Below are positions 24,041 through 36,929 of a DNA stretch of 64,000 nt, piece after piece. The translations under genes were made by a program, and so were the position numbers. This DNA is from Carcharhinus amblyrhynchos (Eukaryota). The stretch is taken from assembly GCA_965287045.1 (NCBI GenBank), contig OZ336885.1, positions 38,316,001 to 38,380,000 on the forward strand, written 5' to 3'. The notes under the pieces were generated by a model. That model saw only the letters and a list, made by a program, of their open reading frames with translations. It made no database searches and was not told where the DNA came from. The first letter of the stretch is position 1. Every line of letters begins with the position of its first letter.

Positions 24041-25747
24041 AACCTGTCAATGGAATAAGGTAAATATAAGTATGAAGAATGCACTGGCTTCTTGCAAAGG
24101 AGTAAAGTTGTAATAACCAGTAAGTTGGCCATTTTAAACCAAACTTGCACCTATTTTAATAAAGTAACACACAACCAGGCACTCAAGCCACTTCATAAAA
24201 GGACAAGGCTTCCCTAGGGGCCACAAAAGTTGGACGTCGGCCTAGTAAGTGGCAGAGCAAGAAGAAAAGGGAACAACATGTCCCCTGTATCTGACACCAA
24301 AAATCCAAATTTATTTATTATATAACAAAGCTTGATTTTGGTTTTTGCTAGACTGGTTTGAAATTGAGGTAAAGCTATGTTTCAAAACACTTAAGGAAGT
24401 ATTTTATCAGCATTTGCATTTGGTAAACTATTTGATATCCCATTTTGGCAAAGAGCCATGGGAAGATTGGGACTCGATCTGCAAGTAGGCTGCATGTGCT
24501 GTCAAATTGAGTTTAAGGGTTTGGGTGGAATTGGGGTCTGAAGCAATGGCAATAGCCCACAGAACAACAAATTAGCTGCAACCAATTAGCTTCTGGAATT
24601 AGTAGAAATATTAAACATACAAAACTAATGATTTGAAGATGCAAAGGAAGCATTTTAAATCTTTTAATTTTAAAACTGTAAATTTAGAACACAGCTGTCT
24701 AGAATTGTGCTGTCAACATTACAAATTGGTGTAGGCAAAACGTATCAAATTATTTGCGGTTGGATGTGGCAATAGGAAATTAGTTATGAACAACATGCAA
24801 ACTGATTTTTAATACACTAAGAATCCACCTCGAGTATTGCCTCATTTTGATTGTGCTGCATGTCCTCTAGCACTCTGCTTACCCAGTTTACAGTATAGGC
24901 TTTCTAAATATTGCTTGTACTTCAAATGGCCATTGTTAACTTGATTCATTTCTGGTTTAGAGTAATAATTTCCTTTATAAATTTGCACAACAGCAATGAA
25001 ATAAAAAATCAGAATCTTTGTAATATTTGGAGGAGAGCTTAATACTGACCAGGATACCAACATCCAAGGCCATTTTAAGAAATTGGCCACCAGATCTAGA
25101 TCTATTAAACAGCATTCAATCAGTACATTGGGACAGATAGTTATTTGACGACATGCTTTTGCATTGTTGTACAAGCCTGAAATTAGATTTTCACCTGTAC
25201 AGCTTTTCACAACCATTTGACATCTCCAAGCATTTAATAGCCAATGGAATACTTTGAATTGTAGTTACTGTCATGGTATGATGATGAGGGGAAAACTGGA
25301 GTTGAAAAGTTCTCGAAGTTGAACTTCACCAGAGGAACATACTTCAAAAATTGTCTGACTTTAGAGAAAACATTTTGGACTTTGTTTTAATTTGATTTAC
25401 TAACTTTTTTATTTGACAGTAAGCATGCTGTCTTCTGGAGTAGAATATGAAGAGGGGCTTTTTTCCTAAGTAACTTGGTGTAAATAACAAGATTATGCAG
25501 GGTTCCATCTGATCGAGCCATCCTAATCTGGGGAGTTGATAAATGAAACAAACAGTGTAGGTGGAAGGGGTGGAGTACATTTCTAAATTCCAAACCTCCA
25601 GAAGACAAGTGTTGAGGAGAGAGGCATGTTTCTTCAGGATAAAATGCCAATAGGAACTTTACGTTTTGCTATTTGTTTTCTAGTTGCCTGTGATGTATTT
25701 ATGATTCTCCCATTATATTTTCTAACAACATATGTTCTTGACCCCAG

Positions 25748-28700
25748 ATCTGTTGAAAGCTGTGAATGGAATACTCCTTCTGTGTCAAGAGTTGATTTTT
25801 AGGGTGCCAGCTGACCCACTGGTGAAATCTGACAACATCTGAAGTACAAGATCCACCTCAAATAAGCTGTGATTTGTACATGTATTGAACACTACTATTC
25901 CATTCATTTTGGGTTATGTTTTTGTTCTGGTTGTAAGCAGAAATTATATATAAATATATATATATTTACAAATTAACTTGTATTCCATTTTGATTATGAA
26001 CTTGAAATTGTACTGTTTCTAATTGTCAACTGTTCCTGTTTTTTGCAATAACTACATTGCTTGGCACTAATAAATGAGTTGGGGGGGGGGGGCATCACTT
26101 CTGCAATGCCAGGCTCTAGATTTTTTTGTTTATGAATTTTGGTACCTGATATTGGCATTTCTGGGAAATTGTGTTACCGTTATTGAGCTTTTTCTTTCCA
26201 CTGAAAAATGAGCAATAAATTGTATGACCTGTGGTAATGCTTCTAGCATCAGTCTTCCAATAGTCTCTTTATATTCCATTTGGTGGCACAGCTGTGGTAA
26301 GCAATACTTTGGTACCCTTTTAAGTTGCAATATTACAAAATCTTGGAACACTAGTCCTCTGCAACTGACCCTTGATTCTTTATATATTCATAATGTGTAC
26401 ATGAGATGCACCAAATATGGTTGCCTGCTGCACTGTGCAGTGTTGGATTATCATATAGTAAGACCACAAGTGCTACTTGGCAGACAATTGATGCACTGTT
26501 GGAATATAACTTGGGAATCTTTTCACATTCAGACTGGGCAAACTGCAACAAATGCATGCTGGTCATATCAGGTCTACTAATGTTCCAGAAGTGCGTTTTG
26601 TGTACTTTTTCTAAAATTGAAAACACAGCAAAGTGGAAATTTGGTACTAAACCACGTTTAAATTCACAATTTTTAAAAGTAATCTATGTATATATAGTTT
26701 GCTTTGTTCAATTTTAGACCGTGTTTCCATAAGATCAAAGTTTAGTTGGGGGGGTGGGGGGGAGATGCACTGTTCAGCATATCATATGCTCTGATCTTTC
26801 ATTAGGTTAATTATGCAAGTTTCTTGATTCTCCCAAATGACAGACTGATCTTTGGGCCTCCTCCTTCCCCAGGTGAAACATTGATAATTACAAGGTAACA
26901 AGTCAGGAACTGAAGCAATGTACCATAGTGATGTCTAGTTTTAACAGCCGTTCAAGCTGTGGAATTTTCAGATTCTGAAAACAAATGTTCTTGTCTGGAG
27001 ATGTGTACATGTAATTAATTTAACAATAAGCAAAATATTGATCTACAGAAGAATGGAAAAGGTTAAGTGTTTAAACTAAAATGCTCATTGGATGAATATT
27101 TTTATAGGCAACTGATTACAGAGTACTCTAGCTGACATCTTTCAAAAGAACAAAGCTTTAATGAACCAGTTAAGGAAGAATTCCCAAAGTTTGATTTTGA
27201 AAATAAAGCTATATATTTGACAGAGTATAGGGCATGCAGATTTTTATAATTTGAACATTCCTACTGAGTTCAGCTTTCTTAGCTGGAAGCAATGCTGAAC
27301 GACAGTTGACAAGTGCTGTCCACTTTAAACTGTTGGCTCGTCTCCTTGTGCTAGCTCTCAGTAGCAAAGTTATTGCTGAAACCTTGCTAATAGACAGCCC
27401 AAAAGAGGCAGTTGTACAAGTGCATTTTTGTTATAGTCATACTCAACATTTACCAAACTCCCAGCATGTTTTTTGCCTGCAGCGAATCTAGCAGTTGTAC
27501 TTGTCGTGCAGCCACGTTTGTTATACCTGTTTTTTGATGGGTGTATGTATATTAACAGTTCTAACTTTAATGTACTAGAATAAGTAATGCTTACCACAGC
27601 TATGCTTAAATCTGTGTTGCATTGGGTGAAATTCCGTGAATTGAATTTTTCTGATGCATTGTTCTGCTACATTTAAAATGTTCAGTTTTAAACAAATGTT
27701 GCATTTTATGTAGCTGAAAGATTAAATCAATAATTCTGTTGAAGACTATCTGTTTACTGAACTTGCCATCTTTGCAGTATCCCGGAGAGGGAATCCTAAT
27801 TGTTAAAATTCATAACGTATTTTATTTAGTCTATGAAGATTTGTGTTGCATTTTGATTAACTCTTAAGAATTGAGCTTCTCAACTCACCTTGATTTGTCA
27901 TTTTGGCAGGGACCAAGAGTGTTTGGAAGTTTCAAACTTTTTGTTACAACTGATTCAAAATTTATCAAATTTACAGTAATGAAATGCACTAAGTTGCTGT
28001 TCCTTGAGGGAAGGACAGAATGAACAGAACTGTGATTATTGTAACATTCAAATGGAATTCAACAGTTGAGTGAGACTATGGAAGAATTTTTTGTTCTCTT
28101 GGCATTATCTAACCTACATTTCAAGAGACAACTGACCAAGGATAGTGTGTAGGAATGGCAATTTGTATATAATGCACAAATGAAAGGAATGCTGTCTATT
28201 AATGACCTAGTCCTGTACCCTGGGAAGAAATTGTGTACATAGAAGTCAAATTTCAGGCAATTTTTTTGAGATGAGTACAAGGTCAGTTTTCAGTTCTGTT
28301 GTGAAATTAGGCTGGGTACATAGCCCCCAATTGTTTGGATTTTCTTGGATGTAAATACAGCAACCTTTTAATATTGCATTTCAGTACAATTGGGCTGCTA
28401 AAATACTTGCTGTTCATTTTGTACATTTTAGGTGAAGGGGCTTTATTTTTGTTGGATTCCAATTGGTTTTTATGAAGTAAATTAAGCTTTTGGTTTAGTT
28501 TTAGTTTTTATGAATTGGGTAACATTCTGACTTGTTTCTTTTAAATGGATTAGTTGAAAGCAATCTCTATTCATAAATGAAAACATTTTGGTGCACAACA
28601 TACACAGAACATTGGTACATGGTCTATCAGCTCTCCAGAAATGCTGCTAATATAAACCTGGTAATGGAACCATTGGAAGACTGTGAACTTTGCTTAGTTC

Positions 28701-29300
28701 TACTGTACCTAATAGTTGTGCTTCAGCTGTTAGGCTCAAAGTTTATAAGAAGCATTCATTTTATTTCCCATTAAGCATCTTGGTGATATGCAAATGAGAA
28801 ACTAGCTATGCAGCAAGAGGATGTGTATGTTATATTAGGCTTGCAGACCGCTCGAACACTTCAAGCAGAGCGTCTGAATTGTGCCGTGTGCCTTACCAAG
28901 AAACCAAACTCTTAATTTCTGAGAAAAAAGACAGCTCAATCAGCGGAGCATTTGTTTGTTTGGGGTTTGTAATATTGACACTACTGACCTCCTGTGACAG
29001 TGGATTCTGATTTTTCTTTCCCGGAGAAGACTGAGCCATATATACATGTGCTAGAAAATGTTTTATAGTTGCACTTTTATGCATATTTTTGAAATTGTTA
29101 TGCATCACATACAGGGGCTAACAGTTGCTTGTTTGATCTGAATATAAAATTGTTGCTTGAGGGTGCATGCTGAATTCATTAATTCCTATTCCATTGAATT
29201 TTGGATATATTCATTTACAATGCAATTTATAGGGAATTTCCATCTGTTTTGTTTGGATCCCTCAGTGTTACAATATTAGAAAATAAAAGTTTGTTGTAGT
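25748..29300 (+). other. ZNF217: Probable terminal 3'-UTR exon of ZNF217 (both ends uncertain)
   Basis: Donor AAG|gtaaat at 24059/24060 and candidate acceptor ...gttcttgaccccag| at 25747. Long AU-rich stretch with no recognisable TE. AATAAA at 26068, 26214, 27202 and 29282; several TGTANATA motifs. Confidence 0.5.
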
Positions 29301-30867
29301 TGGGCACACTGTAGTATGCATATTAAGGTACATCTTATTTAATTCAGTTTCTTTTTTGTATTTATTGCATTTTTGGTTCTTTTTTGATTTCCTTAATCAT
29401 GTTCAACCATACAATAGTGTTTCAAACTGTCTCTAATTTATGATGTACTGTTGTTTGATGTACATTCATCCAGTTTTGGAATATATATATATGGTGTTTT
29501 GCATCCCCTGGTTCTGTTGGAGTTTTTTCTCTCCAGAAGTTATTGCTGTTTTTTTTTCTTGCAAAGCTTACATTTTCCTGCAGCTTCTCATCATTCTACA
29601 ATTTTAATCTGGTTTGTTGCCACCATTCATGGTACAACGCTGTGCAATTTGTCGCACAAATTTGCACTGAAGTATTCATACACACGATCAACAACACTTT
29701 AATTGGAAACATTTTGTAGCACACATTTGTGGTGGCTAAATCTGGACCAGGCACAGGGAATCTGCCAAGAGTGCACATGTAAGTATTGTCCCCAGGGAGG
29801 GGAGGATGCCCTGGCAGGGGGACATGTTGGGGATTGGGCCTAGGGGAGCTTCACTTGGAAGGCGGGGACACAGTCTGTCCTTTTTAATCTGAGATTGGGG
29901 TGCCCTTTAAAAAGGCAAGGTTGCTGGCTTTTTCTGATGCTGCACCATATTGTCAGTGTGGGTCACACTTTTTTTGTCTTTGTGCATGCACTCTGTGCAA
30001 ATTTAGTGAGAAAAGCCTGTTGTGCAGCTAGTGAGCTGCACCTCAGTTTCTTTCCTTCAGCCAGCACTCTGCAAAAGAGAGAATTCCACCACATTTGCAT
30101 CACAGCAGGGCTTTGCAGAAGCTTATCATTTGGAGGAAAAAAATCGTATCAACATTATCTCGAGCAAGCATTTTAAAACTGCAGTGAACATTTCCTAGCT
30201 ATGATCATCTTTGGACTGCCATCTGGTTTTACAATGATACAAATGTAAATATACTCCTAGAGTGTATAGAATACTCCTGAGCTTTGAAAGCAAAGTATAC
30301 TTTTGCACATTTTGTTCCCTTTGTTTCCTGTTTTCCAATTATATGGCTTAAGAACATCAGTAATTAGAGAATTAATGAGATTTTGGCATAAAATCACATC
30401 ACTTGGGCAGAGATGGCAGGTTTTTTAACTTCACCTGGCCACCCATAAGTGTATTGCTCAAATATTTTTCTTTCTCATTTCCCATCCTAAACATCCTTTT
30501 TCACTTCACAGGGTAAGAAGGTAAATTGAGGTCCTACTGGACAGTATGATCTAGTTGAAATTGCCCAAATTACTTACCTCTGGGAATTCCATAGCCAGCA
30601 TTCTTTGCTGTCCAATCAATTCCAATCTGAAGGATTCAACTTGCACTGGTCTCTTCCACCATCTTCTACAACCTCTGCAAAGTTATGGATCTTAGACTTA
30701 GTTACTTGGGCAACATCATCTTAACAGGCTAGTGGAACTTCTGTGGCTGTGGATCCCAGAAAATAGCATGTAAACCTATAAAGTTGTTTTTGTGTCCTGT
30801 GTGAAATGGTTTGCAATCCCTTTCTAATGGTGCAAACTAGAGCATTTACATTTGCATAGCCAGTTTG

Positions 30868-31465
30868 GCACCGGATTCTCTCAATTCCCAGGATCTACTG
30901 ACCTTTTGGGTATGGTGCGAGACCTGCAAGAAATATTGCTGGTCTCCACTAGCAGAGACTAGGTGTGATAGCCACACCAGGACGCTTGGTCATTGAAACT
31001 CTGGGGTGGCTGGGGATATGGCTGGGCAGTGCTAAGGGGGTGGGCCTGAGTGGCAGCTAAAATGGGAGAATTGTGCAGATAGGGAGGGGGTGGGGCATGT
31101 CAGGGGTCATGAATGGGGAGGCTAGTTGAGAGGGCCCTAATGCCAGGGCAGGAGTGAGGAAAGATGCAGTTGATGAGTGAGATGTACCTGTGTCTGAGGG
31201 GAGAGGCAGTCTCCCTGGGCAATCTTCCAAAATGGCACCTGGCCACTTTTTACAGCTAGGCTCAACTGGTATGCTTAGGCCCTGCCCTTCCCAGAACTGG
31301 CACATAACTCACCACTCTTTCCCCACCTCTCTCTTCCCACCCCGCCCCCCCAAAAAAAACTTAGTGTGGGGTAATAGCGATCCAGGCTGCCCCTGACAGA
31401 CCAGTGTGGGTCACTCTGGTTTTCTTGACATTATGACACTTAGAGTTTTGGGAAAATTGTGGTCA
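30868..31465. mobile_element. Non-autonomous DNA transposon (Harbinger-like MITE)
   Basis: Degenerate termini ccggattctc...gggaaaattgtgg with a G-rich interior, similar in style to 57322-57434. Confidence 0.4.
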
Positions 31466-31749
31466 ACAGCTTTTTAGATTTATAACAATTATTAAAAGCA
31501 TTCTACTTGCATGTGGCAAATTTAACCCTTAAACTTAATTGTTTAGTTTATTTCTATGGTGTCTACTGATTGAAGAATAAACGCTTGTCAATATATTGGG
31601 GGAACTCAACTGCTTTTCTTCAAATAATTAAATTTGGCTATTTTATTTACCCAAGAGGCAAGCAAGACTTTTAAGGCCTCTTCCCAAATCAGTGCCATGT
31701 TCCCTCAGTGAACACTTGCTGTCACCATGGATTATGGGAGTAAAGTTAA

Positions 31750-32290
31750 AAGCATAGAATGGTTATACCACAGAAGGAGACCACTTGGGCCTGTTGTGTC
31801 CATGCTAGTGCTCTAAGAACAAGTCAGCTAGCTCCTTTTTCCATAGACCACCAAATGTTCTTCTCTTAAGGTCATCCAATTCTGATTTGGAAACCATAAT
31901 TAAATATTCCCCCATCACATTTGGGTGGTGTATTCCAGATCCTAACCACTTTTATGTTAAATGTGGTTTTGTTGCCAATTGGTATAATCTGGCCCTTGAC
32001 CTTTCTGCCAACAGCAAAATTGCTCTTCTTTCACTCCATTTCACCCCCTCATGGTTTTGAACATCTCTATCAAATCTCTTTTTCTTCTCTAAGGAGAAAA
32101 ATCACAGCTTCTCCAATATGCCCACAATAAATGAAGTCCCTCACCCCTGAAACTTTTCTGGTAAATCTTTTCTGCGCCATACCAAAGCCCCCATCATAAA
32201 GTATAAAGCCCATAATTGGACAAAATGCTCCAATTGATGCTGAAACAGTGCTTTATAAAAGTTGACCCAAACTTCATCTATTTTATTAAA
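31750..32290 (-). mobile_element. Degraded CR1 3' end
   Basis: catagaatggttataccacagaaggag tail start followed by decayed ORF2 C-terminus. Confidence 0.55.
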
Positions 32291-32879
32291 TCCCTGGATC
32301 CAGGATGGCTAACTGCCCCAGATTTTATGGAATCATGTCATAATCAAGGTGATTGTCCCCATGTACTGTGGTGCATGTTACCAAGAGACTGTTTTTCTGG
32401 TGTACGCATTTCACACATGTGCAGTGCATCCCCAACACCCCTGCTCTCAAACCAGCAACTGCTGCTCACTCAATTAGTTGCCCTGCCTGGATTCCCAATA
32501 TTTTAACAATTTTATTCAACCTACCCTGTCACCTTCAATGGCTTGTCTCATAGCCCCATTAAAATTGTATTTGTTTTGCCTCTGCTAATTCTATGTAAAC
32601 TGGACTGATTTTGTTGGTGCATTTACTCTAAGTGTAACCCATGCAAAAGATTGCAAAATTTAAACCACAACTTGTGTTCAGTGCAAATGGAATTGTGCTC
32701 ATGTGTGCCAGTTTAAAACTCTGCTCTGGAAGCTGGCCATGCCCTTGGGATAAAGAAATAAACTACTGGCCTCCTGGCTCCCATGTTAACAAATATTTTG
32801 AAATTGTTTTTCTCTGCTCAAATCTGTTATAATCACCCCTCCCAAAAAAAAACTACTTCTGTATTTGAACTACTGTTCA

Positions 32880-33920
32880 CCTACAGCCTCCACCCCCCCC
32901 CCCCCCCCCCCCGCCACTCTCGTGCTTGCAAGTATTGTCTTCATTCAAATCTATTCCCAACTTTTCCCAGAGCTCCACATTTTAAAATCTGTCCAATCCA
33001 GTTTCTGCTCATAGTATTAAAATTGTTCTTGCCACAATCATCTGAAATCCTACATGACTGGCAACTATAAAATATCTCTTGTCATTCTTCATGACCATTG
33101 ATGCAAGTCTTCGATATAGTTGACCACTATTGTCCAGCAGCTGCCTGGATGAGGCTCCACTTGCCTGCTTCTAGCTTCTATTATCTATTTCTAGTCAAAG
33201 AATTTTATCCCATGACTTCTCTTCCTACTTCCACATCATTATGTTTGGCTCTTAATGATCTATTCTTTGGCATTTTCCTACATAACTGTGACATAATCCA
33301 AGATGAGCATCTGGTTCCATATTTTTCCCCCTTCACTACCAATGCTCATATTTACCACCAACACCCCCCACCCACCCCAAGTTGGCTCAAAAATCATCAG
33401 ATTGCATATCTGACATCCAATCATGGGTAAGCAGAAATTTCTTCCAGTTAAATTTTGAGAAGACTGAAGCCATTTTTGGTCCCTAAAACAAACTTTTCCT
33501 GAGCCACTGACTATTCATCTTCCAGGCAACTGTTTGAAGCTGTATCAGGCTGCTAATGTTCTTGGTTTTATATTTGACCATGAGATGAGCTGCTTTCTGA
33601 CCACATCTGTATAAGCACGCATCTGTGTCTGCAAGGTCTATATCCACTTAAGCAGGGTTAGCATCACTCAACATTAGTCAAGTCACAGCTGATAACTTTT
33701 GGTATTGTAATGGGAAATTGGATGACCAAGTTTGCAGAGGCTACCAAAGTTCTGTTGTCTGTTTCCTAACTCATTAAGACCCATTCAACCATCATCCCTT
33801 TATTTGCTGACCTTTGTGTTAAGCGGCATTGCTTTTTCATCATTGTTTCTAAATCCTGCTATGGCTTTGTACCTTCTATTTTCTAATCTCTCCCTATTGT
33901 CCCACTATTGGAGTCCTTGA
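32880..33920 (+). mobile_element. Degraded L2-clade LINE
   Basis: gtcttcgatatagttgaccac (AFDxVDH-like) and aagactgaagccattttt (KTEAI); similar to 45730-46750. Confidence 0.55.
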
Positions 33921-34667
33921 CTTCAACTGCCAAGTCTTAAACTCATATTCTCTCCCTGATGATCTTGGAATCTTTTGTGATCTGCAAATCAGTTTCTATG
34001 AAAACCTGGAGTGAGGTGAAAGGATGGAGGGGTGAAAAGAGACATCCAGATCTTGGCACTTAAAATACAATCTCTTTCGCGTCTGTATTTGTGAACAGAA
34101 GTTTGATGGCCTCACTCAAATGTCTGTAACAAGCTTGCTGCATCCATTGAGAATGCTACTAGAAATTAAGGTGAAGACTGAATATAATAATTCACTGACA
34201 TTTGCTGAGTAAATCACTGAAAAGAATGTTTTAATCACCTTTTTGCTGTCAGTTGGTATGTTCTGAGTTGTGATGAAATCAGAATTTCTGAGCCATGTGC
34301 TGCAAATAGGCAACTGGTGCTGTAGCAATTCCACCTTTACACACACTGTAATCCAGTCTATGCTTTGAAGCTATAATTGTGGCCTGGGGTTTTTCTCTGT
34401 CCTAATTATTTTCCATTAAGGGATGTGCTTCTGTGAAGTCAAAATATTTCACCAGAATTGCATCACTTCCAACTCAAAATTTCAGATGATTCCTCTCAGT
34501 AATAAGTCAGTGATTTGGACAGTCAAGAAGTTTTGGACCTTTTGGTAGTAATTATCTTTCCTTGACCCTCAGTAAGGTATTCAAATTCTGGCTTTCTCTC
34601 CTCCAGATAATGAACTTACAATGCTACTCAGGAACATTTGTGGGAGAGAGATTCCTATAAGTTTACT

Positions 34668-34955
34668 CATAGAATCCTTGCAGTGCAGAAGGAGGCCATT
34701 TGGCCCATCGGGCCTACACCAACTCTGACTATCTTACCCAGGCCCTGTCCCTATAAGCCCACACATTTATCATGATTTATCAATTTAACCTTCGCATCTT
34801 GGGACAATTTAGCATAGCCAATACACCAAGCCTGCACATCTTTGGACTGTGGGAGGAAACTGCAGCACCAGAGGAAACCCACGCAGACTATCACCCGAAG
34901 TCAGAATTGAACCTGGATCCCGAGCATTGTGAGAAGTGCTAATCGCTGTGTTGCT
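34668..34955 (-). mobile_element. V-SINE, tail type A
   Basis: catagaatccttgcagtgcagaaggaggccatt tail, V-domain and tRNA head on the minus strand. Confidence 0.85.
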
Positions 34956-35498
34956 ACTGTGGCATTGACAGCCACATGCCTTTCTAAAATAAAATTTCTA
35001 AATTCTTCGTATTGTTTGTTTTAATGTGCTACTCTGAACGTTTCAATTCCGTTGTAGGCAGTGATGAAGGCTATTGCGAGCTTAAATGATATGCTCCAGG
35101 GCCAATAATAAAAGGAACTGAAATTGTCTAGCAGAATTATTTACTCATATTTTGAAATCTCATCTCTTCTAAACTCAGCCAGGAGCTTATCTTTTTACAG
35201 TCTATTTTCAGGTTAAATTGGAGTCCATGTTCTATACTATAAATGATTTCTGGACCACCTAAGGACTTGTTGAAACCAGCGCTGCCTCTGTAATTGGCGA
35301 TAAAGCAATGGAAAAATTTTGTGCTATTTTCTACTTCAAGGTGATAATTGTTGCTTTTGAGTATTTCTGATCACATCAAGTGATAGGCTAATCCTACTGT
35401 TCTCTTAGAAAGCACTCCATCAGTACCTCAGACGTAATGTTTAGAAATCGGGCAATGCCTATGTTGGTAGGGACCCTGGTCCTGGGGCTACCAAGGAC

Positions 35499-36929
35499 AG
35501 TAAGAAGTTTCACAACACTAGGTTAAAGTCCCAATAGGTTTATTTGGCAACACTAGCTTTTGGAATCTTGAGCTCCTCCTTCAGATGAGTGAGGACTTGT
35601 GTTCACAAATAGGGCACATAAAGGCACAAACTCAATTTACAAGATAACGGTTGGAATGCGAGTCTTTACAGGTAATAAAGTCTTAAAGATACAGACAATG
35701 TGAGTGGAGAGATGGTTAAGCACAGGTTAAAGAGATGTGTATTCTCTACAGCCAGGACAGTAAGTGAGATTTTGCAAGCCCAGGCAAGTCGTGGAGGTTA
35801 CAGATAGTGTGACATGAACCCAAGATCCCAGTTGAGGTAGTCCTCGTGTGCAGAACTTGGCTATTGGTCTCTGCTCAGCGATTCTGTGTTGTTTGTCATG
35901 AAGGTCATCTTGGAGAACACTAACCTGAAGATCAGACGCTGAATGCCCGTGATTGCTGAAGCGTTCCCTGACTGGAAGGGAACACTCCTGCCCGATGATT
36001 GTTGAGCAGTGTTTGTTCATTCATCCATTGTCGTAGCTTCTGCGTGGTCTCCAAATGTACCATGCCTCAGGACACCCTTTCCTGCAGCGTATCAGGTAGA
36101 CAAGGTTGGTCGAGTTGCAAGAGTATGTACTGTGTACCTGGTGGATGGTGTTCTCGTGTGAGATGATGGCATCTGTGTCGATGATCTAGCATAGCTTGCA
36201 GAGGTTGCTTTGGCAAGGTTGTGTGATGTCGTGCTCACTGTTCTCCTGAAGGCTGGGTAGTTTGCTGTGAACAATGGTCTATCTGAGGTTGTGCGGATGC
36301 TTGAAGGCAAGAAGTGGGGGTGTGGGGATGGCCTTGGCGAGATGTTCATCTTCATCGATGACATTTTGAAGGCTCTGGAGAAGATGTCATAATTCTCCAC
36401 TCCGGGGAAGTACTGGACGACGAAGGGTATCCTGTCTGCCATGTCCCATGTTCCTCTTCTGAGGAGCTCCGTGCGGTTTTTCCTTGTGACGTGTCAGAAC
36501 TGTCGATCGATGAGTCAAACACCATATCCTGTTCTTATGAGGGCAGCTTTCAGCATCTGTAGGTATGTTGTGGTCATCCTCATCTGAGCAGATCCTGTGT
36601 ATATGGAGAGCTTGTCCGTAGGGGGTAGCTTCTTTAATGTGTTTAGGGTGGAAGCTGGAGAAGTGGAGCATCGTGAGGTTATCCGTGGGCTTGTGATAAA
36701 GTGCAGAATGATGATTACTTGTAAAGACTCACATTCCAACCATTATCTTATAAATTGAGTTTGTGTCTTTATATGCCCTGTTTGTGAACACAAGTTCTTA
36801 CTCACCCGAAGAAGGAGCTTGAGGCTCCGAAAGCTAGTGCTGCCAAATAAACCTGTTGGACTTTAACCTGGTGTTGTGGAACTGAATGAGTGTGCTTACC
36901 CCAGTCCAAAGCCGGCATCTCCACATCAT
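35499..36929 (-). mobile_element. 5'-truncated Penelope-like retroelement (RT C-terminus + GIY-YIG endonuclease) with inverted pseudo-LTR and 13-bp TSD
   Basis: Minus-strand fragments LHFSSFHPKHIKEATPYGQALHIHRICSDE, RIPFVVQYFPG, NLVYLIRC..GCPEAWYI and FSNHGHSASDLQVSVLQ. Perfect direct repeat ggctaccaaggac at 35486-35498 and 36930-36942. Confidence 0.92.

Noticed and set aside
32893-32912. Poly-C run (also G runs at ~26090 and ~26747)
   Set aside because: Simple homopolymers with no supporting context; lengths are error-prone.
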